The position numbers and the translations under genes were made by a program. Source: Escherichia coli (GTDB lineage Bacteria > Pseudomonadota > Gammaproteobacteria > Enterobacterales > Enterobacteriaceae). From it: 64,000 nt of DNA. Positions 47,931 through 62,965 of the stretch are shown here, in pieces. Every line of letters starts with the position of its first letter. Within the stretch, counting starts at the first letter, position 1. The stretch is from assembly GCF_003991155.1 (NCBI RefSeq), contig NZ_CP031293.1; one strand, written 5' to 3'. A model generated the notes under the pieces. The model was given only the letters and a program-made list of their open reading frames with translations, ran no database searches and had not been told where the DNA came from.

Positions 47931-47956
47931 TTTTGAACCCTGCACTATGAATGAAC

Positions 47957-47986
47957 AAAACCCTCTGTTACTACAGAGGGTTTTTT
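47957..47986. terminator. bidirectional rho-independent terminator between guaA and yfgI
   Basis: AAAACCCTCTG-TTACTAC-AGAGGGTTTTTT. Confidence 0.8.
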
Positions 47987-48024
47987 ATCTTCAAGAATTA
48001 TAGGCTTGAAGTTACTTACATCGA

Positions 48025-48564
48025 TTAATTAAACCAGCTGTCCGATTTGTTCTCTTCTGCTTTGCCCACGCTTTTCATCAGATCGCGACCGCCTTCAGTC
48101 ATATTTCTGTTTGCGTCAGCTTCAGATTGCACCACATCGGTTTGCGCAGCTTTGTGCTTCAGTTCCTGATCGATAAATTCGTTTTCTCGCTTAACGCGGG
48201 CTTCTTCTTTCGCCAGCGCCAGTTTTTGTTTCTGAATCTCTAAGCTGCGTAGCTCATCTTCATAACTTTGATCGCGTTTTTTGTCCGCAGTGGCTTCGGC
48301 GTCCAGTTTATCCTGACGAGCTTTCTTATTCGCTGCTGCCGTTGCCGCTCTTTTATTAGCCGCGGCCTGGGCGTTTGCGCGACGTTGCTTCTCTTGCTGG
48401 ATTTCCCTGTTGCGCTCCGCGACCCATTCGTCATGCTGCCTTTGCTCTTCATTTTTACCTTGCTGTTCCGCTTCTGCGACAGCAGAGAGTTGATCCTGCA
48501 ATGATGAGGCGATAGCCGGATAGCTTAAGGAGGCTAAGATGGCGCAAAGAAAAACTTTCTTCAT
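48025..48564 (-). CDS. yfgI: periplasmic coiled-coil protein YfgI
   Basis: 179 aa; signal peptide MKKVFLCAILASLSYPAIA; charged K/E/Q-rich coiled-coil. Confidence 0.85.
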   Translation of the reverse strand: MKKVFLCAILASLSYPAIASSLQDQLSAVAEAEQQGKNEEQRQHDEWVAERNREIQQEKQRRANAQAAANKRAATAAANKKARQDKLDAEATADKKRDQSYEDELRSLEIQKQKLALAKEEARVKRENEFIDQELKHKAAQTDVVQSEADANRNMTEGGRDLMKSVGKAEENKSDSWFN

Positions 48565-48579
48565 GACTCCTCCTGATTA

Positions 48580-49098
48580 TTAGCTCTTTTCAGGACATTT
48601 GGTATTTGGCTGAATACGCGTTTCGTTATACGTCGTGGTAATAACAACGGCTAAACCTGTCGTAAACTGGCACTCTTTACCCACCTGGGTGGAGGTATAC
48701 ACTTTGGTGCCTTCCTTATACGTTAGAGAAACACCTTCCACTAAGGTTTTATCATTCACCATAGAACCCGCTGCCGCGCCAACAGCTCCGCCGCCAACTG
48801 CACCTGCCGTCGTTCCGGAATTGCTGCCAGACCCCACGTTGTGGCCGATTACACCGCCAGCGACTGCACCAATAAGCGCGCCGAAGGCTTGTGCGTTTCG
48901 TTTATTTTGGGAGTTGTCTACGGCAACTTTTGCGGGAAGAATGGAAATAATATTAACGGTTTTAGTTTCTTGTTTGGTATTCAGTTGATCGGTTTGATAA
49001 ACATCGGCGGCATGATCATCAGCATTTGACTGGCATCCTGCCAGAGTGAATGACGCTAACATTGCCACAGGCAGAAGACATTTTTTAAATTTCATCAC
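48580..49098 (-). CDS. yfgH: outer-membrane lipoprotein YfgH (glycine-zipper)
   Basis: 172 aa; lipobox LAGC; Gly-rich GxxxG zipper (GALIGAVAGGVIGHNVG...). Confidence 0.85.
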   Translation of the reverse strand: MMKFKKCLLPVAMLASFTLAGCQSNADDHAADVYQTDQLNTKQETKTVNIISILPAKVAVDNSQNKRNAQAFGALIGAVAGGVIGHNVGSGSNSGTTAGAVGGGAVGAAAGSMVNDKTLVEGVSLTYKEGTKVYTSTQVGKECQFTTGLAVVITTTYNETRIQPNTKCPEKS

Positions 49099-49408
49099 TA
49101 TTCCTTGTTATACACATTACGAAAAATAAGACATTTAAGATCATCAAAAGAGGAAAGTAAATGTATTGCGTATAAAGGAATAGATTAAATTTATTAAAAT
49201 TCACGTGGAAAATAATTTATAAAAATACATCATTAAAACATATGTATTAATTTTATATTTATTTCGCAGCCAAACAGGATAAACATCAGTCAGGACAAAG
49301 ACGTAAAATTTAAGATGAAAGAATATCTGCCGCTTTGATAATCCCAAAGAGCAAAAGCATCCGACAGCGAGGTGCCGTTATGTTCTGTGAAAGTGGAGAA
49401 GGTAACCG

Positions 49409-49600
49409 CTAACGTTGTACCGGTGATTCGACGGAGAGTGTGGATTGCTGAGCTTCTTTTTTGCTCTGATGGTGCTGCCATGCACCGACGGACGAGTAGA
49501 TAAAACGGCCAAAGAAGAAGATAAAGCTGATGAGCAGTACGATACGGGTCATGCGACTGTTAAATCGGTGTCGTTTTCGCATACAGGTTGCCTGACTCAC
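49409..49600 (-). CDS. yfgG: small membrane protein YfgG
   Basis: 63 aa; MSQATCMRKRHRFNSRMTRIVLLISFIFFFGRFIY... with a single TM segment. Confidence 0.75.
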   Translation of the reverse strand: MSQATCMRKRHRFNSRMTRIVLLISFIFFFGRFIYSSVGAWQHHQSKKEAQQSTLSVESPVQR

Positions 49601-49810
49601 AAAAGGTTCCTTGAAGTATGTCCCACGCTGTGGACGGTACTTACATTAAGGCACAACAGGACAAAATGGTCAATTCTTCGTTATGTAAAAAAGCGTCAGT
49701 GGATACATATTTTAATGTTATGGAAGTTAATTTAATTATTTACAATGATGATGTAATAATGATGAATTAACATGATAAACGTAATAATTCATTAATCAGG
49801 GTTATTTTGT

Positions 49811-49824
49811 TTGATATATATCAA
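49811..49824 (+). promoter_or_regulatory. FNR/CRP-family binding site upstream of pdeF
   Basis: TTGAT-ATAT-ATCAA is a perfect match to the FNR consensus TTGAT-N4-ATCAA, about 130 bp upstream of the pdeF ATG. Confidence 0.65.
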
Positions 49825-49951
49825 TTGGAACTTTCATATGACACTTAGAATCAATGCTCTCTATAGTGATGAATAATCATCATTCGAAGTCAGGTGGGAT
49901 GCCTGTCTGAATACACCTCCTTCAGGATGTGGGGGATTCTGCTGAGCATCT

Positions 49952-52195
49952 ATGAAACTGAATGCAACTTATATAAAAATACGTGATAAATGGTGGGGGC
50001 TTCCGCTGTTCCTGCCTTCTTTAATCTTGCCCATTTTCGGCCACATCAATACTTTCGCGCATATTTCTTCCGGTGAGGTTTTTCTCTTTTATCTGCCTCT
50101 GGCACTGATGATCAGCATGATGATGTTTTTCAGCTGGGCGGCATTGCCAGGGATCGCCTTAGGGATTTTTGTCCGCAAATATGCAGAGCTGGGTTTCTAC
50201 GAAACGCTCTCATTAACGGCTAATTTTATTATCATTATCATTCTCTGTTGGGGCGGTTACAGGGTCTTTACTCCCCGGCGTAACAACGTTTCACATGGTG
50301 ATACCCGTTTAATTTCCCAGCGTATATTCTGGCAGATTGTGTTTCCTGCAACGCTGTTTCTGATACTTTTCCAGTTTGCTGCGTTTGTAGGATTACTGGC
50401 GAGTAGAGAAAATCTGGTCGGCGTCATGCCTTTTAACCTCGGGACATTAATCAATTATCAGGCCTTACTGGTGGGTAATCTGATCGGTGTCCCGCTGTGC
50501 TACTTCATCATTCGAGTGGTGCGAAATCCGTGTTATTTACGCAGCTATTATTCGCAATTAAAACAGCAGGTTGATGTCAAAGTCACCAAAAAAGAGTTCG
50601 CGCTCTGGCTACTGGCATTAGGTGCGTTGTTGTTGCTGTTATGCATGCCGTTAAATGAAAAAAGCACAATTTTTAGCACCAACTATACCTTGTCATTATT
50701 GCTGCCCCTGATGATGTGGGGAGCGATGCGCTATGGTTATAAGCTGATTTCATTGCTCTGGGCGGTCGTGTTGATGATCAGCATCCACAGCTATCAAAAT
50801 TACATTCCCATTTATCCTGGCTATACCACGCAGCTGACCATAACCTCCTCCAGTTATCTGGTATTCTCTTTTATTGTCAATTATATGGCTGTACTGGCAA
50901 CCCGTCAGCGAGCGGTAGTCAGACGCATTCAGCGGCTTGCGTATGTGGACCCGGTGGTTCATCTGCCAAATGTTCGCGCCCTGAATCGCGCGTTGCGTGA
51001 TGCCCCCTGGTCTGCGCTTTGTTATTTACGCATCCCTGGCATGGAAATGCTGGTTAAGAACTATGGCATCATGCTACGGATTCAATACAAGCAAAAACTT
51101 TCTCACTGGCTGTCACCCTTGCTGGAACCGGGTGAAGATGTTTATCAGCTTTCGGGTAACGATCTCGCGCTGCGACTGAATACAGAATCGCACCAGGAGC
51201 GCATTACCGAACTGGATAGCCATCTCAAGCAATTTCGTTTCTTTTGGGATGGAATGCCGATGCAACCGCAGATTGGCGTCAGTTACTGCTATGTGCGCTC
51301 GCCAGTGAATCATATCTACCTGCTGCTGGGAGAGCTAAATACGGTCGCCGAGCTTTCCATCGTGACCAACGCCCCGGAAAATATGCAGCGTCGCGGGGCA
51401 ATGTATTTGCAACGCGAATTGAAAGATAAAGTCGCGATGATGAATCGGCTACAGCAGGCGCTGGAACACAACCATTTTTTCCTGATGGCCCAGCCGATTA
51501 CCGGTATGCGTGGTGATGTCTACCATGAAATTCTTCTGCGCATGAAAGGTGAGAATGATGAACTGATCAGCCCCGACAGCTTCTTGCCGGTCGCGCACGA
51601 ATTTGGTTTATCGTCGAGTATCGACATGTGGGTCATTGAGCATACGCTGCAATTTATGGCTGAAAACAGAGCGAAGATGCCCGCTCACCGTTTTGCGATT
51701 AATCTGTCGCCAACCTCGGTATGTCAGGCGCGTTTTCCCGTTGAAGTCAGTCAGCTGCTGGCTAAATATCAAATTGAAGCGTGGCAACTTATTTTTGAAG
51801 TCACCGAAAGTAATGCTCTGACCAATGTTAAGCAGGCGCAAATCACCTTGCAGCATCTTCAGGAATTAGGCTGCCAGATTGCGATTGATGATTTCGGCAC
51901 CGGCTACGCCAGCTATGCGCGGCTTAAAAATGTGAATGCCGATTTGCTTAAAATTGACGGCAGTTTTATCCGCAATATTGTGTCAAATAGTCTGGATTAT
52001 CAGATAGTGGCGTCGATTTGCCACCTGGCGCGAATGAAGAAAATGCGGGTAGTGGCAGAGTACGTTGAAAACGAAGAGATCCGCGAGGCGGTGTTCTCTT
52101 TGGGGATCGATTATATGCAGGGTTATCTTATTGGTAAGCCGCAACCGTTAATTGATACGCTGAATGAAATCGAACCCATTCGCGAAAGTGCCTGA
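49952..52195 (+). CDS. pdeF: anaerobic c-di-GMP phosphodiesterase PdeF (YfgF): MASE1 plus degenerate GGDEF plus EAL
   Basis: 747 aa; N-terminal multi-TM MASE1-like region, C-terminal EAL domain. Confidence 0.93.
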   Translation: MKLNATYIKIRDKWWGLPLFLPSLILPIFGHINTFAHISSGEVFLFYLPLALMISMMMFFSWAALPGIALGIFVRKYAELGFYETLSLTANFIIIIILCWGGYRVFTPRRNNVSHGDTRLISQRIFWQIVFPATLFLILFQFAAFVGLLASRENLVGVMPFNLGTLINYQALLVGNLIGVPLCYFIIRVVRNPCYLRSYYSQLKQQVDVKVTKKEFALWLLALGALLLLLCMPLNEKSTIFSTNYTLSLLLPLMMWGAMRYGYKLISLLWAVVLMISIHSYQNYIPIYPGYTTQLTITSSSYLVFSFIVNYMAVLATRQRAVVRRIQRLAYVDPVVHLPNVRALNRALRDAPWSALCYLRIPGMEMLVKNYGIMLRIQYKQKLSHWLSPLLEPGEDVYQLSGNDLALRLNTESHQERITELDSHLKQFRFFWDGMPMQPQIGVSYCYVRSPVNHIYLLLGELNTVAELSIVTNAPENMQRRGAMYLQRELKDKVAMMNRLQQALEHNHFFLMAQPITGMRGDVYHEILLRMKGENDELISPDSFLPVAHEFGLSSSIDMWVIEHTLQFMAENRAKMPAHRFAINLSPTSVCQARFPVEVSQLLAKYQIEAWQLIFEVTESNALTNVKQAQITLQHLQELGCQIAIDDFGTGYASYARLKNVNADLLKIDGSFIRNIVSNSLDYQIVASICHLARMKKMRVVAEYVENEEIREAVFSLGIDYMQGYLIGKPQPLIDTLNEIEPIRESA

Positions 52196-52233
52196 ATAAT
52201 GCGGGCCGACATTTCTCGTCGGCCCGCAAAGCA

Positions 52234-55846
<3,613 letters not shown>

Positions 55847-56017
55847 TACCACTTTTACTCCGTTTTATTCACGGGACACTGCCTGGATATTATGGCGAGC
55901 AATATTGGCAGATGTCCAACTATGCCAGAAAAGGGGGAAAAAAACTGCTGGAGCTTGCGATTTACAGGTGAATTGAAAAACGCCAGCGGCAGAGCTGGCG
56001 CTTTAACTACGGGGGCA

Positions 56018-56655
56018 TTACTCGTCGGCAGCGTAGCCCTGCGGCGGCAGACGTTGACCATCCAGCCACGCGGCGTTTTCGTGCATTTTCAGACGACCAT
56101 CGGCAAACCAGCTAATCACCAGTGGATAAATAGCGTGTTCCTGGGTTTGCACGCGGGCGGTGATGTCATCTTCCGTATCACCAGCAAATACCGGGACTTT
56201 CGCCTGTAAAATAACCGGGCCACCGTCCAGTTCATCGGTGACGAAATGCACCGATGTACCGTGCTCTTCATCGCCATTTTCCAGCGCCTGACGATGGGTG
56301 TGTAATCCGGGATATTTCGGCAGCAGAGAAGGGTGAATGTTCAGCAAACGCCCGGCATAGTGGGAGACAAACGCCGGGCTGAGAATGCGCATAAAACCAG
56401 CCAGCACGACCACATCGGGTGCGTACATGTTGATTTCATGAATCAACTCCCGGTCATAGGCTTCACGACTGTCAAACGCGCTGGCGATGAGCGTATGCGT
56501 TGCAATACCCGCCTGGCGGGCGCGTTCAAGGCCGAACGCGTCGGCCTTATTGCTGAAAACTGCCCGTACGGTGCCTTTAATTTTGTTGGTTTTGCAGGCG
56601 TCAATAATTGCCTGCAAATTACTTCCGTTGCCGGAAATAAGCACCACAATATTCA

Positions 56656-56656
<1 letters not shown>
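56018..56656 (-). CDS. purN: phosphoribosylglycinamide formyltransferase PurN
   Basis: 212 aa; MNIVVLISGNGSNLQAII...; the start overlaps the purM stop (TAATG). Confidence 0.96.
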
Positions 56657-57711
<1,055 letters not shown>

Positions 57712-57756
57712 TTACTTGCGGTAGAAAAATAAAATTCGGCGCAATTCTAACAGGGA

Positions 57757-57772
57757 AAGCAAACGTTTGCGA
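57757..57772. promoter_or_regulatory. PurR operator (pur box) upstream of purMN
   Basis: AAGCAAACGTTTGCGA is a near-perfect palindrome matching the PurR consensus ACGCAAACGTTTGCGT, about 65 bp upstream of the purM start. Confidence 0.75.
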
Positions 57773-58017
57773 GACTGCTTTACACAACCTTTTTGCACGT
57801 CTTTTCCCCAGGCGCGCGGCGAAAGAATACTTGTACCAGGGCAAAGGATCGTTTTCGGATGGAATAATCTTCTTCCATAACCATTTGAATACAAAATAAC
57901 TTTATCTCAAACCGTTATCATTTTGACTAAAGTCAACGAAAATAATATTGCCGCCTTGAAGAAAGGAGGTATAATCCGTCGATTTTTTTTGTGGCTGCCC
58001 CTCAAAGGAGAAAGAGT

Positions 58018-58644
58018 ATGAAGATCGTGGAAGTCAAACACCCACTCGTCAAACACAAGCTGGGACTGATGCGTGAGCAAGATATCAGCACCAAGCGCTT
58101 TCGCGAACTCGCTTCCGAAGTGGGTAGCCTGCTGACTTACGAAGCGACCGCCGACCTCGAAACGGAAAAAGTCACTATCGAAGGCTGGAACGGCCCGGTA
58201 GAAATCGACCAGATCAAAGGTAAGAAAATTACCGTTGTGCCAATTCTGCGTGCGGGTCTGGGGATGATGGACGGTGTGCTGGAAAACGTTCCGAGCGCGC
58301 GCATCAGCGTCGTCGGTATGTACCGTAATGAAGAAACGCTGGAGCCGGTACCGTACTTCCAGAAACTGGTTTCTAACATCGATGAGCGTATGGCGCTGAT
58401 CGTTGACCCAATGCTGGCAACCGGTGGTTCCGTTATCGCGACCATCGACCTGCTGAAAAAAGCGGGCTGCAGCAGCATCAAAGTTCTGGTGCTGGTAGCT
58501 GCGCCAGAAGGTATCGCTGCGCTGGAAAAAGCGCACCCGGACGTCGAACTGTATACTGCATCGATTGACCAGGGACTGAACGAGCACGGATACATTATTC
58601 CGGGCCTCGGCGATGCCGGTGACAAAATCTTTGGTACGAAATAA
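58018..58644 (+). CDS. upp: uracil phosphoribosyltransferase Upp
   Basis: 208 aa from ATG 58018 ([22 protein letters not shown]...). Confidence 0.96.
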
Positions 58645-58660
58645 AGAATAAAAATAATTA

Positions 58661-58689
58661 AAGCCGACTTTAAGAGTCGGCTTTTTTTT
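58661..58689 (+). terminator. rho-independent terminator/attenuator between upp and uraA
   Basis: AAGCCGACT-TTAAG-AGTCGGCTT followed by TTTTTTT. Confidence 0.8.
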
Positions 58690-58729
58690 GAGTAAAGCGC
58701 CTATAACACATAATACAGAGGATAATACT

Positions 58730-60019
58730 ATGACGCGCCGTGCTATCGGGGTGAGTGAAAGACCGCCACTTTTACAGACAATCCCGCTTAGTTTGCAACA
58801 TTTGTTCGCTATGTTTGGTGCAACCGTCCTGGTGCCCGTCTTATTTCATATTAACCCGGCGACTGTACTGTTATTTAACGGTATAGGAACGCTGCTGTAT
58901 CTCTTCATCTGTAAAGGGAAAATCCCGGCTTATCTTGGTTCCAGCTTTGCCTTTATTTCACCGGTATTGTTACTGTTGCCGTTAGGGTATGAAGTCGCGC
59001 TGGGCGGCTTTATTATGTGCGGCGTGCTGTTCTGCCTGGTTTCTTTTATCGTGAAGAAAGCGGGGACCGGCTGGCTGGACGTGCTGTTTCCACCTGCGGC
59101 AATGGGCGCAATCGTTGCCGTCATCGGTCTGGAGCTGGCGGGCGTAGCTGCCGGTATGGCGGGTTTACTCCCGGCTGAAGGGCAAACGCCAGACTCCAAA
59201 ACCATCATCATCTCTATTACCACCCTGGCGGTCACGGTTTTAGGTTCCGTGCTGTTTCGTGGTTTCCTGGCAATTATCCCGATTTTAATTGGCGTGCTGG
59301 TGGGCTACGCGCTCTCTTTCGCAATGGGAATTGTCGATACCACGCCGATTATTAATGCTCACTGGTTTGCGCTGCCAACTCTCTATACGCCGCGCTTCGA
59401 GTGGTTTGCCATTCTGACTATTCTGCCAGCGGCGTTAGTGGTTATTGCCGAACACGTAGGGCACCTGGTAGTAACGGCTAATATCGTCAAAAAAGATCTG
59501 CTGCGCGATCCAGGTCTGCACCGTTCGATGTTTGCTAACGGCTTGTCGACCGTGATCTCCGGCTTCTTTGGCTCCACGCCAAATACTACCTACGGGGAAA
59601 ACATTGGCGTGATGGCGATCACCCGTGTTTACAGTACCTGGGTTATCGGCGGTGCGGCGATTTTCGCTATCCTGCTTTCCTGCGTCGGTAAACTGGCTGC
59701 TGCTATCCAGATGATTCCATTGCCGGTGATGGGCGGCGTTTCGCTGCTGCTTTACGGTGTCATCGGTGCTTCCGGTATTCGTGTGTTGATCGAATCGAAA
59801 GTGGATTACAACAAAGCACAGAACCTGATCCTGACTTCCGTTATTTTGATCATCGGCGTCAGTGGCGCGAAGGTAAACATTGGCGCGGCGGAGCTGAAAG
59901 GTATGGCGCTGGCGACCATCGTCGGTATCGGCTTAAGTTTGATCTTCAAACTGATTAGTATGCTGCGCCCTGAAGAAGTGGTGCTGGACGCAGAAGACGC
60001 GGATATAACAGACAAATAA
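58730..60019 (+). CDS. uraA: uracil:H+ symporter UraA (NCS2 family)
   Basis: 429 aa from ATG 58730 ([33 protein letters not shown]...). Confidence 0.96.
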   Translation: MTRRAIGVSERPPLLQTIPLSLQHLFAMFGATVLVPVLFHINPATVLLFNGIGTLLYLFICKGKIPAYLGSSFAFISPVLLLLPLGYEVALGGFIMCGVLFCLVSFIVKKAGTGWLDVLFPPAAMGAIVAVIGLELAGVAAGMAGLLPAEGQTPDSKTIIISITTLAVTVLGSVLFRGFLAIIPILIGVLVGYALSFAMGIVDTTPIINAHWFALPTLYTPRFEWFAILTILPAALVVIAEHVGHLVVTANIVKKDLLRDPGLHRSMFANGLSTVISGFFGSTPNTTYGENIGVMAITRVYSTWVIGGAAIFAILLSCVGKLAAAIQMIPLPVMGGVSLLLYGVIGASGIRVLIESKVDYNKAQNLILTSVILIIGVSGAKVNIGAAELKGMALATIVGIGLSLIFKLISMLRPEEVVLDAEDADITDK

Positions 60020-60113
60020 TGTACCGACCGGGCAGTGTTGCTGCCCGGTTCAAACATCATGGGATTCTGTGGTAAACTTCTCGCGATTTTGTGAAATCCT
60101 GGTTGAGGTATCT

Positions 60114-60815
60114 CTGAACACACCGGCACAGCTCTCTTTGCCACTTTATCTTCCTGACGACGAAACCTTTGCAAGTTTCTGGCCGGGGGATAACTCCTCT
60201 TTACTGGCCGCGCTGCAAAACGTGCTGCGTCAGGAACATAGCGGTTACATCTATCTCTGGGCACGCGAAGGCGCGGGGCGCAGCCATCTGCTGCACGCGG
60301 CTTGCGCGGAATTGTCGCAGCGTGGCGATGCGGTGGGCTATGTCCCGCTGGATAAACGCACTTGGTTTGTTCCGGAAGTGCTCGACGGTATGGAGCATTT
60401 GTCGCTGGTCTGTATTGACAACATTGAGTGTATTGCAGGCGATGAGTTGTGGGAGATGGCGATTTTCGATCTCTACAATCGAATTCTGGAATCGGGCAAA
60501 ACACGGTTGTTGATCACCGGCGATCGTCCACCGCGGCAGTTGAATCTGGGATTACCGGATCTCGCGTCGCGACTCGACTGGGGGCAGATCTACAAATTGC
60601 AGCCACTTTCTGATGAAGATAAGTTGCAGGCGCTACAGTTACGCGCGCGTTTGCGTGGTTTTGAACTGCCGGAAGATGTGGGGCGTTTCTTGCTGAAGCG
60701 GCTCGACAGAGAAATGCGCACGTTGTTTATGACGCTGGATCAGCTGGATCGTGCGTCGATTACCGCGCAACGCAAGCTGACCATTCCTTTTGTGAAAGAA
60801 ATTCTGAAGTTGTAG
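60114..60815 (+). CDS. hda: DnaA regulatory inactivator Hda (AAA+), probable CTG start
   Basis: In-frame CTG at 60114 places the clamp-binding motif QLSLPL at the extreme N-terminus ((M)[18 protein letters not shown]...), giving 233 aa; the track ORF starts at an upstream alternative codon. Confidence 0.85.
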
Positions 60816-60830
60816 ATAAGGTGTTTATTG

Positions 60831-60895
60831 TCGGATGCGCACCCATAGTATTCGTAGGCCGGATAAGACGCGGCAAGCGTCGCATCCGGCAATGT
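60831..60895. repeat. REP/BIME elements between hda and arsC
   Basis: GTCGGATGCGCAC...CGTAGGCCGGATAAGACGCGGCAAGCGTCGCATCCGGCAATG are characteristic REP palindromes. Confidence 0.65.
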
Positions 60896-60920
60896 GCTTC
60901 AACTAGCGATGGAGCACTTC

Positions 60921-61280
60921 TTAACCCACGATTTCCAGTACCTGCTCCGGTGGACGACCAATCCGCGCTTTGCCATTCGCGACCACAATCGGGCGCTCCA
61001 TTAGCTTCGGATTATCCACCATTGCCTGAATCAGCGCCTCTTCGCTAAGCGAACTGTCAGCCAGGTTCAGTTCTTTATAAAGATCCTCTTTCTGGCGCAT
61101 CAATTCACGAGCGCTATTCATTCCCAGCATTTTCAGCAAATCACGCAGCGTTGCCGCATCGGCGGGTGTCTCAAGGTAGAGCACCACTTCTGGCTCCACG
61201 CCGTTTTCTTTCAGCAGGTTCAGCGTTTCCCGGCTCTTTGAACAGCGTGGGTTATGGTAGATTTTTACCTGTTTGGTCAT
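60921..61280 (-). CDS. arsC: ArsC-family (Spx/ArsC fold) protein YfgD
   Basis: 119 aa; MTKQVKIYHNPRCSKSRETLNLL... with the catalytic Cys in NPRCSKS. Confidence 0.85.
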   Translation of the reverse strand: MTKQVKIYHNPRCSKSRETLNLLKENGVEPEVVLYLETPADAATLRDLLKMLGMNSARELMRQKEDLYKELNLADSSLSEEALIQAMVDNPKLMERPIVVANGKARIGRPPEQVLEIVG

Positions 61281-61300
61281 TGTTCTTCCTTTAATGCGAA

Positions 61301-62764
61301 TTACATCTTGGTATAAGGCTTAAAGCGTTCCTGCAGCTGGCGCAACTGGTCGATGCGCGCATCGTAACGCGCTTGTTGCAGGCTGCCTAATTTCACCTGA
61401 GAACTGGCGCTACTCAACAAGGAAATGGCCTGATCGAGTCGCCCGGCGAGCGCATAACCTTCTGCTCGCGCAGCCAGTTCCTGATCGCGGTTATTTAGCG
61501 CGGCTTCCGCCTGTGCCAGTAAATCCCAGCCGTTGCTGTCATCTTTATTGTTAAAAGTGTAGCGATTCAGAATATTGGCCGCTTCTTGTGGTTGACCGCC
61601 TTGCAGATAAGCGTTCGCCAGGTTGAGCTGCAACACCGGATTGGTGCGCAAATCACGGGCATTTTTCAGGCGATTGATTGCCTCATTGGCTTTGTTTTGC
61701 CCAAGATCGATATCGGTAGCCAGATCGAGATACCATGCGTTGCCAGGTTCTGCCGCCAGTAACGGTTGCAGCGTTTTACGCGCCTCATCGTATTTATTGG
61801 CTTCCATCGCCTGTAGAGCACGACCATATTGCGCCGCTCGTTGCTGACGAACGTTTCCTTTCGCCCATTCATCCAGCAAATCACTGGTGAGCTGGTTACG
61901 TCCGGAATTATACATCCCCAGTGTGCGCACTTTTGCCAGATAGAAATCTTCTGACGATTGCACCACCATCGGGCGCATCTGATTGGCACGGTTACGGGCA
62001 TCAGCCAGACGGCTTTCCGGTAGTGGGTGAGTGAGCAGAATTTCTGGTGGGCGCGAGGAGTAACGCGCCTGATCGAGTAATTTTTCGAGGAAGGTCGGCA
62101 TCGCCTGCGGATCGAATCCCGAGCGTTGCAGCACCTGAATACCAATGCGGTCCGCTTCCTGTTCATTTTGCTGGGTGAAACTGATCATCCCCTGGCGCGT
62201 TCCCGCCAGTGTACCGGTCAGCGCCGCCATCCCCGCCTGCGGACTGGCCATCGCCAGTAAAATAGAACCTAACGCGCCGACCCAGGTCAGCGGCGCGCTG
62301 CGCTGCTGATCTTCCATCGCTCGCGCCAGGTGACGTTGGGTGACGTGGGAGATTTCGTGCGCCATAACTGAAGCCAGTTGACTTTCGTTATCGGAATAAC
62401 GGAACAGGGCAGAGTGCAGCACCACGTTGCCGCCAAAGAAAGCAAAGGCGTTAATTTCGTCGTTGTTGATCAGAAAGAAATGAAACGGTGTCTTAACCGA
62501 ATTGGCATGCGAAACCAGACGCATACCCAGCGAATTAATATATTGCGTTAACAGCGGGTCATTAATTAACGGCGCGCTGCCGCGTAGCTGGCGGACATAA
62601 TAGTCGCCCATCTGCATTTCCTGACCAATGGAAAGCGTGCTTCCTGCGGAGGTTCCCATATCCGGCAAGGTGTCTGCGCTGTCGGCAAACGCCGGGGCTA
62701 CCTGACCAATGGTCATAGCAGCAATGAGGGTTGCAACCAGGTTTTTTTTCAACTGCCTGAACAT
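61301..62764 (-). CDS. bepA: beta-barrel assembly-enhancing protease BepA (M48 metalloprotease with TPR)
   Basis: 487 aa; signal peptide; zinc-binding HEISH motif ([12 protein letters not shown]); C-terminal TPR repeats. Confidence 0.95.
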   Translation of the reverse strand: MFRQLKKNLVATLIAAMTIGQVAPAFADSADTLPDMGTSAGSTLSIGQEMQMGDYYVRQLRGSAPLINDPLLTQYINSLGMRLVSHANSVKTPFHFFLINNDEINAFAFFGGNVVLHSALFRYSDNESQLASVMAHEISHVTQRHLARAMEDQQRSAPLTWVGALGSILLAMASPQAGMAALTGTLAGTRQGMISFTQQNEQEADRIGIQVLQRSGFDPQAMPTFLEKLLDQARYSSRPPEILLTHPLPESRLADARNRANQMRPMVVQSSEDFYLAKVRTLGMYNSGRNQLTSDLLDEWAKGNVRQQRAAQYGRALQAMEANKYDEARKTLQPLLAAEPGNAWYLDLATDIDLGQNKANEAINRLKNARDLRTNPVLQLNLANAYLQGGQPQEAANILNRYTFNNKDDSNGWDLLAQAEAALNNRDQELAARAEGYALAGRLDQAISLLSSASSQVKLGSLQQARYDARIDQLRQLQERFKPYTKM

Positions 62765-62965
62765 AACCTCTATCCTGTATTTCTGAAGATAGTCATTTGA
62801 CCGATACTGTGAAATATCGTTCCCACCGCGCCGCCTTTGAGTGTAACGGCGAAGATTAGCCCACTCAAATGACTTTTCAGTTTCCTGAATCCGTCATAAA
62901 AAGCGAAGTCTTTTTTGTGACATTTCGATACAATTGCGGATCGCAATCCCGCTCTTGAGGTTCAG

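Noticed and set aside
46350..47945. Minus-strand ORFs of 287 and 235 aa
   Set aside because: Antisense to guaA.
60821..61048. 75-aa plus-strand ORF between hda and arsC
   Set aside because: Begins inside REP/BIME palindromes and overlaps arsC on the opposite strand; no SD.
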